A stretch of 64,000 bases of DNA from Mobula hypostoma (lineage: Eukaryota), in contig NC_086097.1 in the NCBI RefSeq assembly GCF_963921235.1, positions 95,234,001 to 95,298,000 on the forward strand. Reading direction: 5' to 3'. The notes below the pieces were generated by a model, which saw nothing but the letters and a program-made list of their open reading frames with translations, searched no databases and had not been told where the DNA came from. Each line of letters starts with the position of its first letter. The stretch's first letter is position 1. Shown piece after piece: positions 11,745 through 24,800 of this stretch. The translations under genes and the position numbers were made by a program.

Positions 11745-14700
11745 TCAACATCTAGATAGACAGTCAGCAACCACATTATCTTTACCTTTAATATGAGTTA
11801 TCAAAATATTATACTCCTGCAACATCAAACTCCAATTCAATAACCTTATATTTTTGTTTTTCATCTTACTCAAAAACAGTAGCGGATTATGATTGGTGTA
11901 AACTATGAGTGGTTTTTGAATTGTATCGACATACACATCAAAATGTCGTAAAGCCAAAACAAGAGATAATAATTCCTTTTCTATGGTTGAACAATTTCTT
12001 TGATGCAAATTAAATTTCTTCGAAAAGTAAGGTACTAGATGATCAACCTCATCACCCTCATCCCTTTGAAGTAACACTGCTCCTGCAGCCTCATCACTAG
12101 CATCTACAGCTAATGAAAATGGTTTTTCAAAGTCAGGTGACCTGAGCACAAGTTGATGACATAGCGTAGTTTTCAATTTATCAAATGCCTCCTGACAAGA
12201 CTCTGTCCAAACAAACTTTTCACTTTTCTTCAAGAGATTAGTTCATGGAAGGGCAATGTCAGCAAAATTCTTACAAAATTTATGGTAATATCCTACCATT
12301 CCAACGAATCTTCTGAGAGTCTTTTTACCAGTTGGAGTGGGTACCTCTAAAATTGCCTGAACTTTTGCCTAAACAGGAGCTAACTTACCTTGAACCACAA
12401 CACACAGTGGCATGATCAAATTCACTTTTAGCTAAGTTAATAGTTAAGTTAGCTTTTGAAAGCCTTTCAAATAGCTTCTCCACCACAGTAATATGTGCTT
12501 CCCGAGTATCATTTCCTGTAACTAAATCATCAATATAAGCATCTGTATCTTTTAACTCATGAATCACAGAATTAATCATCCGCTGGAAAGTACCTGGTGC
12601 ATCCTTCATCCCAAAGGGAAGAGCATTATATTCATATAACCCAGATGGGGCTACAAATGCAGAAATGTCTCTACCTCTATCCGTCAATAGAACACACCAA
12701 TAACCTTTTAACAAATAAATCTTTGTAAGGAACGTTGCTTTTCCCACTTTATCCACATAATCATCCACTCCAGGGATTGGCTATGCATCAGTTTTTGTCA
12801 CAGCATTCACCTTCCTGTAATCAGTACAAAACCGAATACTATTGTCTGGCTTAGGCACCATAACACATAGTGAACTCCAATTCAAATTAGAAGGTCTAAT
12901 AATATTAATCTCTAACATATACTTAATTTCTTGTTCAGCAATTTCACATTTTTCCATGTTCATCTGATATGGATGTTGCTTTATGGGTTTGGCATCTCCA
13001 ACATCTACACCATGTGAAGCTACTGTGGTTCTTTTAGGAACATCTGGAAATAAATCCCTATATTTAAAAATTAACTGCTTCATCTGGTGCCTCTGCTCTG
13101 GCTGTAAATGAGCCAATTTCTCATCAATATTTTTCAGAATTGTCGAGTTTGGTAATCTGGCAGTAATAATGTTGGGCTTAAAATGAGTTTCAGATGAATC
13201 ATCCATTAAGTTCCTAGTGGGATCAGATTCATTATTATTGACCACAACTGTCATAGTAGCAGACTGTTTCTCATAATATGGTTTTATCGTATTGATATGA
13301 CAAAGCTATGTTGGCCTTCTTCGATCTGGTATTTTTATCACATAATCCACATCATTAACTCTAGATATAACCTCATAAGGACCATGAAATTTAGCTTGTA
13401 AGGGGTTCGTTTGCATCGGGAAAAGATCCAACACCTTATCTCCAGGCTTAAATGACCTCATTCTAGTTTCCTTACCATACCAAGTTTTCATTTTCTCCTT
13501 AGCTGATTTTAAATTTTCCCTAGCTAAGCTACAAGCTTTATGCAATCTTTCCTTAAATTTTAAAACATGATCCAGCAAATTAATATGTACCTCTTCATTA
13601 ATCCACTGTTCTTTTAACAAGGCCAAAGGTCCTCTAACTCTATGCCCAAACACAAGTTCAGAAGGACTAAAACCTAGGGATTCCTGCACTGTCTCCCGTA
13701 CTGCAAATAGAAGTAAATGTATGCGCTCATCTCAATCATTTTCATTTTCCACACAATACATCCTAATCATTGTTTTGAGGGTAGAATAGAACCTCTCCGA
13801 AGCTCCTTGTGATTCTGGATGGTATGCAGACGAGGTAATCTGTTTTGCTCCCAGTTTATAAACTATCTGCTAGAACAATCCAGACATAAAATTACTACCT
13901 TTATCAGACTGTATTTCCTTAGGCAACGCAAAGTAAGTAAAGAATTTTATAAGAGCCTTTATTACAGTTTTAGCCGTTATATTCCTAAATGGTATTGCCT
14001 CTGGAAACCCAGACGCTGTGCACATGATGGTCAGCAAATATTGATGGCCAGTTTTGGTTTTTGGCAATAGGCCTACACAATCCATAATAATTTTGGAAAA
14101 TAGTTCACCAAATGCGGGAATAAATTGCAGTGGGGCCATTGGATTAAATTGATTAGGTTTACCCACAATCTGACAAGTATGACACGTTTTGCAAAATGTC
14201 GCCACATCTTTTCTTAAACCAGGCCAGTAAAAATGTTTAAAAACCTTGTTCACAGTTTTCTTCACACCTTGATGGCCACCCAAGGGCATACTATGAACCA
14301 TAGTTAATACCTCATTCCGATAAACTTTAGAAACTACTACCTAGTGAAAAACCTTCCATTCATCACTTGCAGGAATTGTAGGTGATCTCCACTTCCTCCC
14401 TTCTCAAAATAATATCCTACCGGCACCTTCTCAATTTCACTATCTGGAAGACCTTGTTCCTTTAATTTGATAATCTCAGGGTCTTTATTCTGCTCTGTTA
14501 TCATCTCCTTCCGAGACAGAGACAAATCTTCATGGTCAGACTTACTACAAGAATCTTGATCAAACAATAAAGGTAAGAAAGTTTCTGACACATCCTCAAA
14601 ATTCAAATCCTGAGTTGAACAGTCATGGGTAACAGACCCATCCTGCACATCAATCTTTCTAGCCATAGCTCAGGTTACAACACAGGAGAAATCTGTGTTA

Positions 14701-15083
14701 GAATCCATCTTTGGTTCCTCAGAGATGGGCTTTATTGTCAAATGCACTTCAGGAAAAACTTGTCCATCTGCTAAGTCATTTCCTAACAATAGAGAAACAT
14801 CATTCACAGGTAAACTGGGTTGTAGTCTTACTTTAACAGGTCCTGTAACTAACCCTGACCTTAAATTTACTTTATGCAAAGCACTCCCAACACCTCGTAT
14901 ATAGTTTACCTCCCCAATGTCAGACTCATCACTAAACTTCAGAACACTGTCTAACATAAGTGACTGAAAAGCTCCAGTATCCCTAAGGATTTTTATTGGC
15001 ACTGGAGTGGATCCCTCTTTCAAGGATACAAATCCTTCGGTTATATCCTTTCTTAACTTGGTCAGACTCTGACAAAACTTCAT
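11745..15083 (-). pseudogene. pol: Disrupted pol: protease, integrase, reverse transcriptase, RNase H
   Basis: ILRDTGA protease (14670..15083); HSMPLGGH...FYWPG...CHTCQ and MDCVG integrase (13306-14301); FCTDYRKVN, PFGM, YIDD RT (12385-13254); LAVDAS, EKELL, NVVADCLSR RNase H (11745..12233); several stops and frameshifts. Confidence 0.92.
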
Positions 15084-15099
15084 TTGTATTTATCGAACC

Positions 15100-16886
15100 C
15101 TGTGGATTTATAGGTGTTTCAATATATGTTGCACACAAGCATCTGGGACTGCCTCCTTCTCTTTCTTCCTCAATCGGAAACAGTTAGCTATTACGTGACC
15201 AGGTTTCTTACAATAATTACAAATAGGACCAAAATGTCTTTCCTTCACATGTTTCCTTTCATCCTTACCTTTCTCACTAACTTCTGATTTAATTTCTGGT
15301 TTACCTTGACTCTCTGTGCTATTTTTCCTTTTAAAAGTTCTACCTGGAGGAAATTTACTCTTGTGGATTAAAGCATACTCATCTGCTAATTATGAGGACA
15401 CACGTCCTCGTTTACTGTCATTTAGAAATGCATGCATTAAAAAATGATACAATGTTCCTCCAGAATGATATCACAAGAAACACAGGACAAACCAAGACTA
15501 AAACTGACAAAAACCACACAATTATAATATATAGTTACAACAGTGCAAAGCAATACCATAATTTGATTAAGAGCAGACCATGGGCACGGTAAAAAAAAGT
15601 CTCAAAGTCCTCATAGCGTCATCATCTCACGCAGATGGTAGAAGGGAGAAACTCTCCCTGCCATGAACCTCTAAGCGCCGCCAACTTGCCGATGCAGCTC
15701 CACTGGAACCAGCCAACCGCAGCGGACTCTGAGTCCGTCAGAAAACTTCAAGCCTTCGACCAGCCTTCGTCACCAAGCACCATCCTCTGCCAAGGGCTTC
15801 GACCCCGCCCTGGTCGCTGAGCAACAAGCAAAGCCGAGGACTCGGGGCCTTCCCTTGTGGAGATTTCTGACCACACAGTAGCAGCAGAAGCGAAGCAGGC
15901 ATTTTAGAGGTTTCACTAGATGTTCCTCCGTGCTCTCATGTCCGTCTCCATAAAATCAGGATTGTGCACGCACCCTACTTGACAGATAACAGATATCACC
16001 ACCGAAGTGGCTGCTGGGAGCTGCGTCGCGCCGTCATCTTCTCCTCTTTAGCAGACTCCTGCAATGTAGCAGTGTCCCTCTCATTTAAGTATGTCCTTAC
16101 TTCAACAGAGATGCTCCTTTTAAATTCCTCCATTAAAATCAAATCTTCTAATTTATTATACTCCCCATTCACATTTTTAGAGGAAACTCATCGCTCAAAA
16201 CACACAGATTTACCATAGGCAAATTCCACGCAAGTTTTTTCCACAGATTTCTTCAAATTTCTTAATCTTTCTCTATAAGTTTCTGGAACCAGTTCATATG
16301 CTTTCAGTATATGCTGCTTCACAATATCATGATCAAGTATTTGCTCAGCAGTTAAAGCTGTATAAACTTGTTGTGCCTTACCTTTAATTACACTTTGTAA
16401 CATCACTGGCCATTTCTCTTTCATTAAATGGAGGAGCCAATATAACTTCCTGACTAGCAACAAACTGTTTCCAGAACCAGGGGACTGATTCTCCATGGTT
16501 AATTTCTCCATTGCTAGCTCAAATTCCCTCTTTTTATCTGCTTCTCTAGCTTCAAATTCCTTCTGTTTATCTGCTTCTTTAGCTTCGAATTCCCTTATCG
16601 TAATGGCTTCTCTTTCGGCCACCTCCGCTTTAAGTAATTCCAACATTATCTGTTCACTATGTAATTGCATCTCTAGATTACTCATTGGAAACATATCTAA
16701 CACTTCTTCATCAAAACCACCCGACTCTTTATAGTATGCCGCAATTTTTCTCTGAATTACTGGCTTTGTTGTAACCTTCGTAATTCCTTTAAGGTCCAAC
16801 CTTTTAGCAATCTCAGATACATCACCCTTTTTCGCCTTCGCTAATAATTCCGGGTCTGGCGATGCCTTAAACTCGTCAATATTCAT
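15100..16886 (-). pseudogene. gag: Disrupted gag with SCAN-like capsid region and CCHC zinc knuckle
   Basis: WPVMLQSVIKGKAQ...KAYELVPETYRERLR (16188..16886); CNYCKKPGHVIANC read at ~15180-15222; interrupted by 15390-16046. Confidence 0.85.
15390..16046 (-). mobile_element. Non-autonomous LINE-derived element inserted in gag
   Basis: gag frame LQESAK/LADEY rejoins across it; GC-rich head GAGGAGAAGATGACGGCGCG; Rex1/Babar-like tail ending GAGGACGTGTGTCCTCATA. Confidence 0.75.
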
Positions 16887-16991
16887 TGCTGCCGAATATC
16901 ACCCACAGACCAATCAAACAAAAGAATCGAGTATTTCCCTTTTCCAAATCAGATTGATAATTAAACAAGCACTTAAGCTCAAAATCGGAAC

Positions 16992-17009
16992 AATCCAAAT
17001 GAGCCCCCA
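16992..17009 (-). other. Primer-binding site, tRNA-Pro type (degenerate)
   Basis: TGGGGGCTCATTTGGATT 4 nt downstream of the 5' LTR; canonical Pro PBS is TGGGGGCTCGTCCGGGAT. Confidence 0.8.
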
Positions 17010-17013
17010 ATTT

Positions 17014-17792
17014 TGTCACGTGACCAGCAACATGAATATAGAATTGAGTCAAGTTTTATAAACAAACATAAACATTTATTAAACTCTGCTCAACAACAGC
17101 AAAAAGTATTCAAACGACTAACTTAACCGGAAGTTAACTGCTATACGACAACTCTGGAACAGTTCTTAAAGCAGTAAATTCGAACACAGTCTTAAAGTGG
17201 TCAATTCAAAAGTCCAAGCGATTTACACAGTCAGTAAGGAGAGATTTCTCTGGAAACGGATTCCTTCGAAGACGTGACGTTACTGCTGATTCTGTCCAAA
17301 GGATTCACGACGAAGGAAATAAAACGGCTTAAAGGAACTGACCTTATCCCTGGCGAATGAACACCGCACAAACCTTCCTGATCTTACAGGGGTTATCTCA
17401 GATGCAGGCCACTATTTCTGAACGAAGATTCAATAAGGTTGATCCAGTATTAAACCGCTGAATGACACCAACTTTACTCAATCCTTCAGGTTAGTAAGGT
17501 CTTCACTCTCCAATACTAGACTTACAATAGAAAGTAAAACTCCACTTTAAAACAAAACTGTGTCATGTGACGAATACGCAGCATAACGGAGTAACTGACT
17601 AATTAAACAACGAATCAACTGCGTAACAACAAGGGTTTCCCGTTATATACCTGTTCAGAACGTGTCATCACATGACCTCACACTGGCAGGAAAATTACAT
17701 CACCCCACCATCACAAGACCATTACATCATGCTCACAAGATACTCAATTACATCATGGTCATAAGACAGTCACAAAATACCCACGAGGTATG
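17014..17792 (-). repeat. 5' LTR (outer 5 nt missing)
   Basis: Matches 10813-11549; minus-strand TATATAA at ~17643-17649 and AATAAA at 17075-17080. Confidence 0.95.
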
Positions 17793-17935
17793 ATCGCCAT
17801 TGAGGTAAGTTACCACGTTCTTCTTAGGCACTGGTGTAACTGAAGCCTGCTTGAAGCAGGTGGGTACCTCTGACTGCTGAAATGAGAGGTTAAAGATATT
17901 GGTGAACACTCCAGCCAGCTAATTAGCACAAAGCA
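17793..17935 (-). mobile_element. Rex1/Babar LINE continuation beyond the Gypsy insertion
   Basis: Encodes VPTCFKQASVTPVPKKNVVTYLN, the segment directly upstream of the RT motif cut at 10812. Confidence 0.85.
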
Positions 17936-17959
17936 TCTTTTCCTTTTGAATAAGAAAGG

Positions 17960-18345
17960 AGTGGATTCTAATACAGAAATGCATTCAAATCTCAGTTCAG
18001 AAGCTTCAAGATAAAATCCAGACCTCTGCTCCTGCATTGTAGTGCACAAAGGAATGCTTCAGTACTCATAAGCACTAAACTCGGGCCCCATCTGTTGTCT
18101 CAAACGAGTGTTAAGGGTTCCACAGCATTATTCTGAAAATCAGCAGGGGAGTGTTTCCCCAAGACCCTACCAGTACTTAGCTCTCAACAAATATTAGTAA
18201 AACAGATGTTCTACTTATTATCACATTGCTATTTGCAAATTGCCTGTCTTGTTTCCTGTATTTTATCAGTAATTACACGTAAAAATATGAGTTCAATGTC
18301 ATTTGATTTTAGATGTAAAATATGCCTCATATATGCAAGCTTTAT
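17960..18345 (+). mobile_element. Ancient DeuSINE (SacSINE1/AmnSINE1-like)
   Basis: Deu-domain-like run TAAACTCGGGCCCCATCTG...GCAGGGGAGTGTTTCCCC...CTCAACAAATATTAGTAAAACAGAT...ATTATCACATTGCT and 3' end ATATATGCAAG, recognised from memory of the consensus. Confidence 0.7.
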
Positions 18346-19354
18346 CCCAATATAAATTATCAATAATTGCAGATGCTGTGAATCTGGTATAAAAACAGAA
18401 AATGATAGAAACATTCAGCAGTTCAGGTAGTGTCTGTGGAAAGAGATACAGAGTTAGCATCTATTTGAACTGTGTTTAGAGAGGACTAATACACAGCAAA
18501 TAGATCACAGGAAAAATCATCAAACTATAATTGGCAACACACCATTAAAGAAAAAGCTGGGTTAAGATAGTGAGTACTAAAGAGCATCTTAGTGAGTGAC
18601 GTGAAAATCCAGAGGATCTAGGCAGCTGGGGACTACTGCAGCCAGTGTGGAGGCATTATATTCAGGGCTCAGAAATCAAGAAGACCTTCATGAGGGCAAG
18701 CCCTAAAATGAAAAGTTTTAAAGCAAATCTCAGTGCCCAACTTTGACGCTGTGTCTTTGGAAACCACTCAGTGCAGTGAATGCTGATAAGTGTGCAGCTG
18801 GACCCAATGAGGTCAGCTCAGGGCAGTACTCAACCCACTGCATCGAACAATAACAACATCCCCAGAGGGCCCCACCCACCCAGCATGGCTTGGAGCTTCA
18901 TCAAAGGTTCAACAAGCCAAGCAATCTCTGCTCATCAACAAAACTCACCACCCAGCTTATCTGAACAAGGCATTTAGGTCAGCAACAGGGTCAGAGTCTA
19001 TCGTGAGTCAAACTCCTCCCATCTCAGTGACTGTCTGAAACAATGAGGACAGGATTCTATACTTTAAGATTTTTACAGTAACTGCAATTCCAGCCTCACT
19101 TTTTGTTTCCTCCTTTATCAGAAATTTAGATCATCTCCAATTGTTCCATACAGGGTTGAGCACTCTCCGGGACAATCCAGAATCTCTCCAGAGGATACCC
19201 AGGAGGACCACAGTTTAAGGCCCTACTGCCACTGGATATTGAAGTCTCTCAAGCATATCATGGGTGCATTATTTAAAGAAGAAATGTGAGTGGCATTAAT
19301 GCTCTATAAGTAAAATATATTGACTTGATGGCACAACAAATACAAATAAAGACA

Positions 19355-19725
19355 GAGTCCTACAATAATATAGTAAGGATATGACTCCTTGACCCAATAC
19401 GTCTATGCCAACAATGGTGCCCACCCTTCTAATCCCAATTTCCCGTGTTCTGCCCATACCCTTCCAAGCCCCAGCCCTCTATGGCCGTATCCAAACGCTT
19501 CCTGAAATTATACAATTGTAACTGCCTCAACCACTTCCTCTGGCAGCTCATTCCATATAATTCACCACCCTATGTGCATGAAAAAGTTGTTCTCAGGTCC
19601 CTTTTAAATTCTTCCCCTCCCACCCTAATCCTATGCCCCCTAGTTTTGGACTCCCTTATCCTGGGGGAAAATAGACTTACCAGCCACCTTATCCATACTT
19701 CACATAATTCAAACACTTCTATTAG
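19355..19725 (-). mobile_element. CR1 LINE 3' fragment, degenerate
   Basis: Similar to CR1 3' ends at 25825-26155 and 62690-63230. Confidence 0.65.
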
Positions 19726-20456
19726 GACCACATGTATTATCCCATATATGTATACTTTTTGTGAATTAAAAATATTTTAGAATAAATAAACAGGAGGAAT
19801 ATCATAGCAGACTATAATAAAATGTTGTACATTTAACATGCATTTATTAATTATACATTTATTAAGTGTTGGTTAGTGGACTAAAAAACACCAAGCTGGA
19901 CATTTTAGAGGTGCTGACAGATGTATGTATGACAGATGTGCAAAAATACCTCCAGGGAAATGACTGACCACATCAACAAATCAAGTTACAAGAGACTGAA
20001 GTTCTATGTCATACTAGTTGGGGAAAATCAACTGACTGCATCTCACCTCTGAAATGCAAAGTTAAAAATCAAGAGTGGGGGGTAAACGAGATAATAAATT
20101 GTCACCCAGTGAAAGACACACTGGAATATTCGGAATGATCATTAAAGTTAACAATATCAATAGATCTACAACCAATGACATGGATTTCGGGATGAGAAAA
20201 GTTCATCAAATCTGCCTTAGGATATACTGCAGAAGGCCATTCAGCCTACTGAGTCTACAGAATCTCTCACAGTATTCCCAGCGGTCCCATTACCCAACTT
20301 ATTTCCCTGCAACCCATTCCCTCTCCTAGCTATCAACCCCCTGATTTTGTCTGCTACCTATATACATTTGGGGAAATTCTATAGCAGCCAATTAACGCTG
20401 CAAGCTTACAAAGGGTAGAAAATGGGATACAGTAAGGCAGTGGTGTGCCTGATTAG

Positions 20457-22622
20457 ACCATAAGACCATAAGACATAGGAGCTGAATTAGGCCATTCAGA
20501 CTATCGAGTCTACTTCACCATTCCGTCAAGGCTGATCCCGGATCCCACTCAACCCCATGCACCTGCTCTCTTGCCATATCCTTTGATGTCCTGACCAAAC
20601 AGGAAACTATCAACTTCCACCTTAAGTATACATATGGACTTGGCCTCCACTGCAGTCTGTGGCAGAGCACTCCACAGATTCACTACTCTTCTGGCTAAAA
20701 AAAATTACCCTTACCTCTGTTCTAAAGGGTCACCCCTCAATTTTGAGGCTGTGCCCTCCAGTTCTGATACCCCCACCATAGGAAACATCCTCTCCACATC
20801 CACCCCAACTAATCCTTCAACATTCGGGTAGGTTTCAATGAGATCCCACCCTCCCCCCATTCTTCTAAATTCCACTGAGTACAGACCCAAAGCTGTCAAA
20901 CGCTCCCCATATGTTAACCTCTTCATTCTCAGAATCATTCTCGTGAACCTCCTCTGGACTCTCTCCAATGACAATGCATCCTTTCTGAAATAAGGGGCCC
21001 AAAACTGTTGTCAATACTTACTAGTGCAGCTTGACTAGTGTCTTAAAAAGGCTCAGCATTATCTCTTTGCTTTTATATTCTATTCCTCTTGAAATAAATG
21101 CCAACATTGCATTACTTTCTTTACCACAGATTCAATCTGTAAATTAATCTTCTGGGAGTCTTGCATGAGGACCCCTAAGTCCCTCTGCACCTCTGATATT
21201 TGAACCTTCTCCCCATTTAGATAATAATACACACTATTGTTTCTTTCACAAAAATGCATTATCACACATTTTCCAACACCATCTGCCACCTTTTTGCCCA
21301 TTATTCCAATTTGTTTAAGTCCTGTTACAATCACATTGCTTCCTCGGCACTACCTACCCCTCCACCTACCTCTGTATCATCTGCAAACTTTGCTACAAAG
21401 CCATCAATTCCATTATCTAAATAATTGACAAACAGCAGTCCCAACACTGACCCCTGAGGAACAACACTAGTCTCTGGCAGCCAACCAGAAAAGGCCCCTT
21501 TTAGTCCCACTCGCTGCCTCCTGCCCATCAGCCATTCCACTATCCATGCCAGTATCTTTCCTGTAATGCCATGGGATTTTATCTTGTTAAGCAGCGTCAT
21601 GTGTGGGACCTTAACAAACGCCTTCTGAAATCCAAATTAATGACATCCACTGCCTCTCCTTTGTCCACCCTGCTTGTTATTTCCTCAAAAAACTCTAACA
21701 GATTTGTCAAGCAAGATCTCCCTTTACAGAAACCATACTGATTTTGACTTATTTTGTCATTAGTCTCCAAGTACCTCGAAACTTCATTCTTAATACTAGA
21801 CTCCAACACTTTCCCAGCCTCTGAGTTTAGTTTAACTGGCCTATAATTTCCTTTCTTTTGCCTTCCTCCCTTCTTAAATTTGCAATCTTCTAGCTCGCAA
21901 GACCATGCCAGAATCCAGTGATTCTTGAAAGATCATAATCAATGCATCCGTTATCTCTTCAGCAACCTGTCTCAGGTCTCTGGGATGTAGTCCACCTGGT
22001 CCAGGTGACTTATCCACCTTAAGATCTTTGAGCCTGCCTAGCACTTTTCCCTTTGTAATAGCAATGGCACCCACTCCTGCTCCCTGACACTCATGGACCT
22101 CTGGCACACTGATAGTGCCTTCCACAGTGAAGACAGATGCAAAGTACCCATTAAGTTCATCTGCCATTTGTTTGTCCCCCGCTTACTACCTCACCAGCAT
22201 CATTTTGCAGTGGTCCAATATCAATTCTCACCTCCCTTTTACTATTTATATAACTGAAAAAAAGTTTCGGTATCCTGCTTTATATTAGTCTGTCCTCTTA
22301 TTTCATCTTTTCCCTTCTTATAGCTTTTTAAGTTGTATTTTGTTTGATTTTAAAAGCTACCCAATTATCCAACTTCCCACTCACTTTTGCTGCTTTATAT
22401 GCCGTTTCTTTGCCTTTTATGCAGTCCTTAACTTCCCTTGCCAGCCACAGCCTACCCTTGCCATTTGCGAACTTCTTCCTCTGTGGGTCATCTATCCCAT
22501 GCTTTGTGAACTATTCCCAAATACTTCAGCCATCTCTGCTCTGCTCTCATCCCCACCAGTATCCTCCTCCAATCCACCTGGGCAAACTCCTCTCTCATGC
22601 CTCTGTAATTCCCTTTATTCCT
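20457..22622 (-). mobile_element. 5'-truncated CR1-clade LINE
   Basis: KSPGPGGLHPR, GFCKGRSCLTNLLEFFE, VPQGSVLG, KFADDT, LERVQRRFTRMI; (TCTTATGG)n tail at 20457-20475. Confidence 0.93.
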
Positions 22623-22624
22623 GT

Positions 22625-23430
22625 TACAGAAATACTAACAGCCTGCAAATGATGGAAATATGAACTAAAAACAGAAAATACTGTAAACCCATAAAGGTGA
22701 GACAGCAGCTGTGGAGAGAGAAACAGTTAACATTGAAAATTTTTTTATCAAAACTGGCAAGAGTTGTTGTGGTATTATGCAGTTTTCGGGTAAAGTATTC
22801 TGCTTGATAGACAAGGAGAAGTAGAAAGACAAATAGGGAGGGAGACCATGAAAGTGAAGAAGGGAGGGGGAATGGAGAAGGAGAGAGGGAGAAAGCAGAA
22901 GAGCAAGGGAGAAAAAGGGGCAAGGGAGAGAGGGGGTGAGGGAGAGAGAGGGGGAGAGGGGGGTGAGGGAGAGAGAGGGGGAGAGAGGGGGTGAGGGAGA
23001 GAGGGGGGAGAGAGGGGGTGAGGGAGAGAGAGGGTGGAGAGGGGAGACAAAGAGAGGGAGAGAGAAAGAGGGAGGAAGGGAGAGAGCGAGGGAGGGAAGG
23101 AATGAGGGAGTGAGACAGGGAAAGAGTGAGGGAAGGAGGGAGGCAACAGCAAAGTTGTGAAATCAGTTCATAACTGTGGCTAAAAACCAAAATCACAGTG
23201 CTGCAAATGGCCAGTAGATCAGATGGTCTCTGAGGAGGGAGGAAAGATGAAATAATAACAAGTAGATAGCCTTACAGCAGAAACGGCCAAATCATGTTAA
23301 GCAGAGAAATCTGAGTTGCTTTCTATTGTTGGATTTGACCTCTATTCCCAAAGGCTAAGTATAACCAGATGTTAGAAGAGCTATTTTACAAGCTTAAGCT
23401 GGACCTTGTTAGAACAGTGCAGGTATCTAC
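22625..23430 (-). mobile_element. Old Penelope 3' remnant containing an expanded purine tract
   Basis: Degenerate PLE termini at 22635-22740 and 23180-23250; GIY-YIG end remnant near 23350-23425. Confidence 0.5.
22830..23145. repeat. GA-rich low-complexity/minisatellite tract
   Basis: Iterated GTGAGGGAGAGAGAGGGGGAGAGGGGG-type units. Confidence 0.9.
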
Positions 23431-24494
23431 TCAAATGCATCAACATCATTTTGTCTGCAGCAATACTCATTTAGAAAGTAATGCATCTAAACATATTGAT
23501 AGGGCTTAAATGAAAAACAACATTTGAACAAAATAGTGACCACACTGTCAGTTCCCAGAGATTATTGCGTTGGTTTCAAATTAGCAACGATCAAACCAAG
23601 AACCTTCCCAATTTGTACTATTTTAAGTGACATACATCATGATATCAGCTAATAGACACCAAGAATCAAACGTTAGGTGTGTAGCAGGTCATCAGCCAAG
23701 TAGAACATTTATTTCTCAAGCAGTGGCTGTACCCATTATTTGCAGATCAAAGATCACCGGGCACAGGTACTTTTGCAAGAGATGCCGAGAATAAATGGGT
23801 CAAACTAATGGGGGAGGGGTGTAAAATAATTTCATTTTACTCCTGTTAATGCCTGAATGTAAAGCACAGTTCAACAGCATTCCTATTATGAAGTGTAAAG
23901 TTTTTGTTCTTTGACTTATCGCAATTCACAGGTAGAGAACGAACAGCTTCAATGGGTTAGAGACAGGTTTTTCACAGACCACATTCTTCCTGCATTGCAA
24001 CGATGTGTACTGCACCCTTTCAGCATCAAGAACTTGTAACTCCTTCATAACTATGACCCCATGACATCTCAGTTCATATCTGTGAATCAGTCCCTTTATT
24101 CATTACTGGCCCAATACGATTTTCTAATGAACACAGAGCCAGGGAGATCCCAAGTCTGTTGCTCGCTGTTGCGGAATTGACTGAACTCAGCACAAATCTG
24201 GTACAGATATTAGAAATGGCCTGGTTTATGAAATATCTGACAGCAATACATTTGTGACCATCACCATCACCAGTAAACTTTGCTATAAAACAAGTATACT
24301 CAGAGCTGATGGATCAAGAACAAACCACCAAACAGTTTCCAATACTCATGACAACATTCACCATCTAGACATTGTAGATGTGCTTGTGGAAATGTACCAG
24401 TCTGAAATCAGGACCTTCATGAGATTGTAAGGTTAACAACTCCACAGAGTAATGCATTTGCACAGGAAGTTACCAATAGTACACAGGTAGGTTC

Positions 24495-24800
24495 TTTCTT
24501 CTTCCACCTCTATAGGACCAAAGATACAAAAGCACAAAAGCATATAGCACCAGCTCAAGGGCAGCTACTACACCACTGTTATAAGACTACTGAACAGTCC
24601 CTTTGTACCATAAGGTGGACTAGTGACCTCACGATTTTCCTCCTCGTGGCTTTGCACCTTCTTATCTGGCTGTACTGCACTTTCAGTCTAACTGTAGCAC
24701 TACATTCTGCATTCTGTTATTGTTTTTCTTAGTACTATCTCACCGCACTGATGAGATAAAGTGATCTATCTGGATGGAATACAAAACAAATAGACAATAA
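24495..24800 (+). mobile_element. Rex1/Babar 3' fragment
   Basis: Colinear with 8335-8620. Confidence 0.7.

Larger units (their letters stand above)
10813..17792 (-). mobile_element. Gmr1-like Ty3/Gypsy LTR retrotransposon, decayed full-length provirus
   Basis: Two LTRs, tRNA-Pro-type PBS, PPT, and gag-PR-IN-RT-RH order in minus-strand ORF fragments. Confidence 0.93.

Noticed and set aside
22624..23196. Ser/Pro/Leu-rich and Arg/Glu/Gly-rich ORFs
   Set aside because: Artefacts of the GA-rich tract
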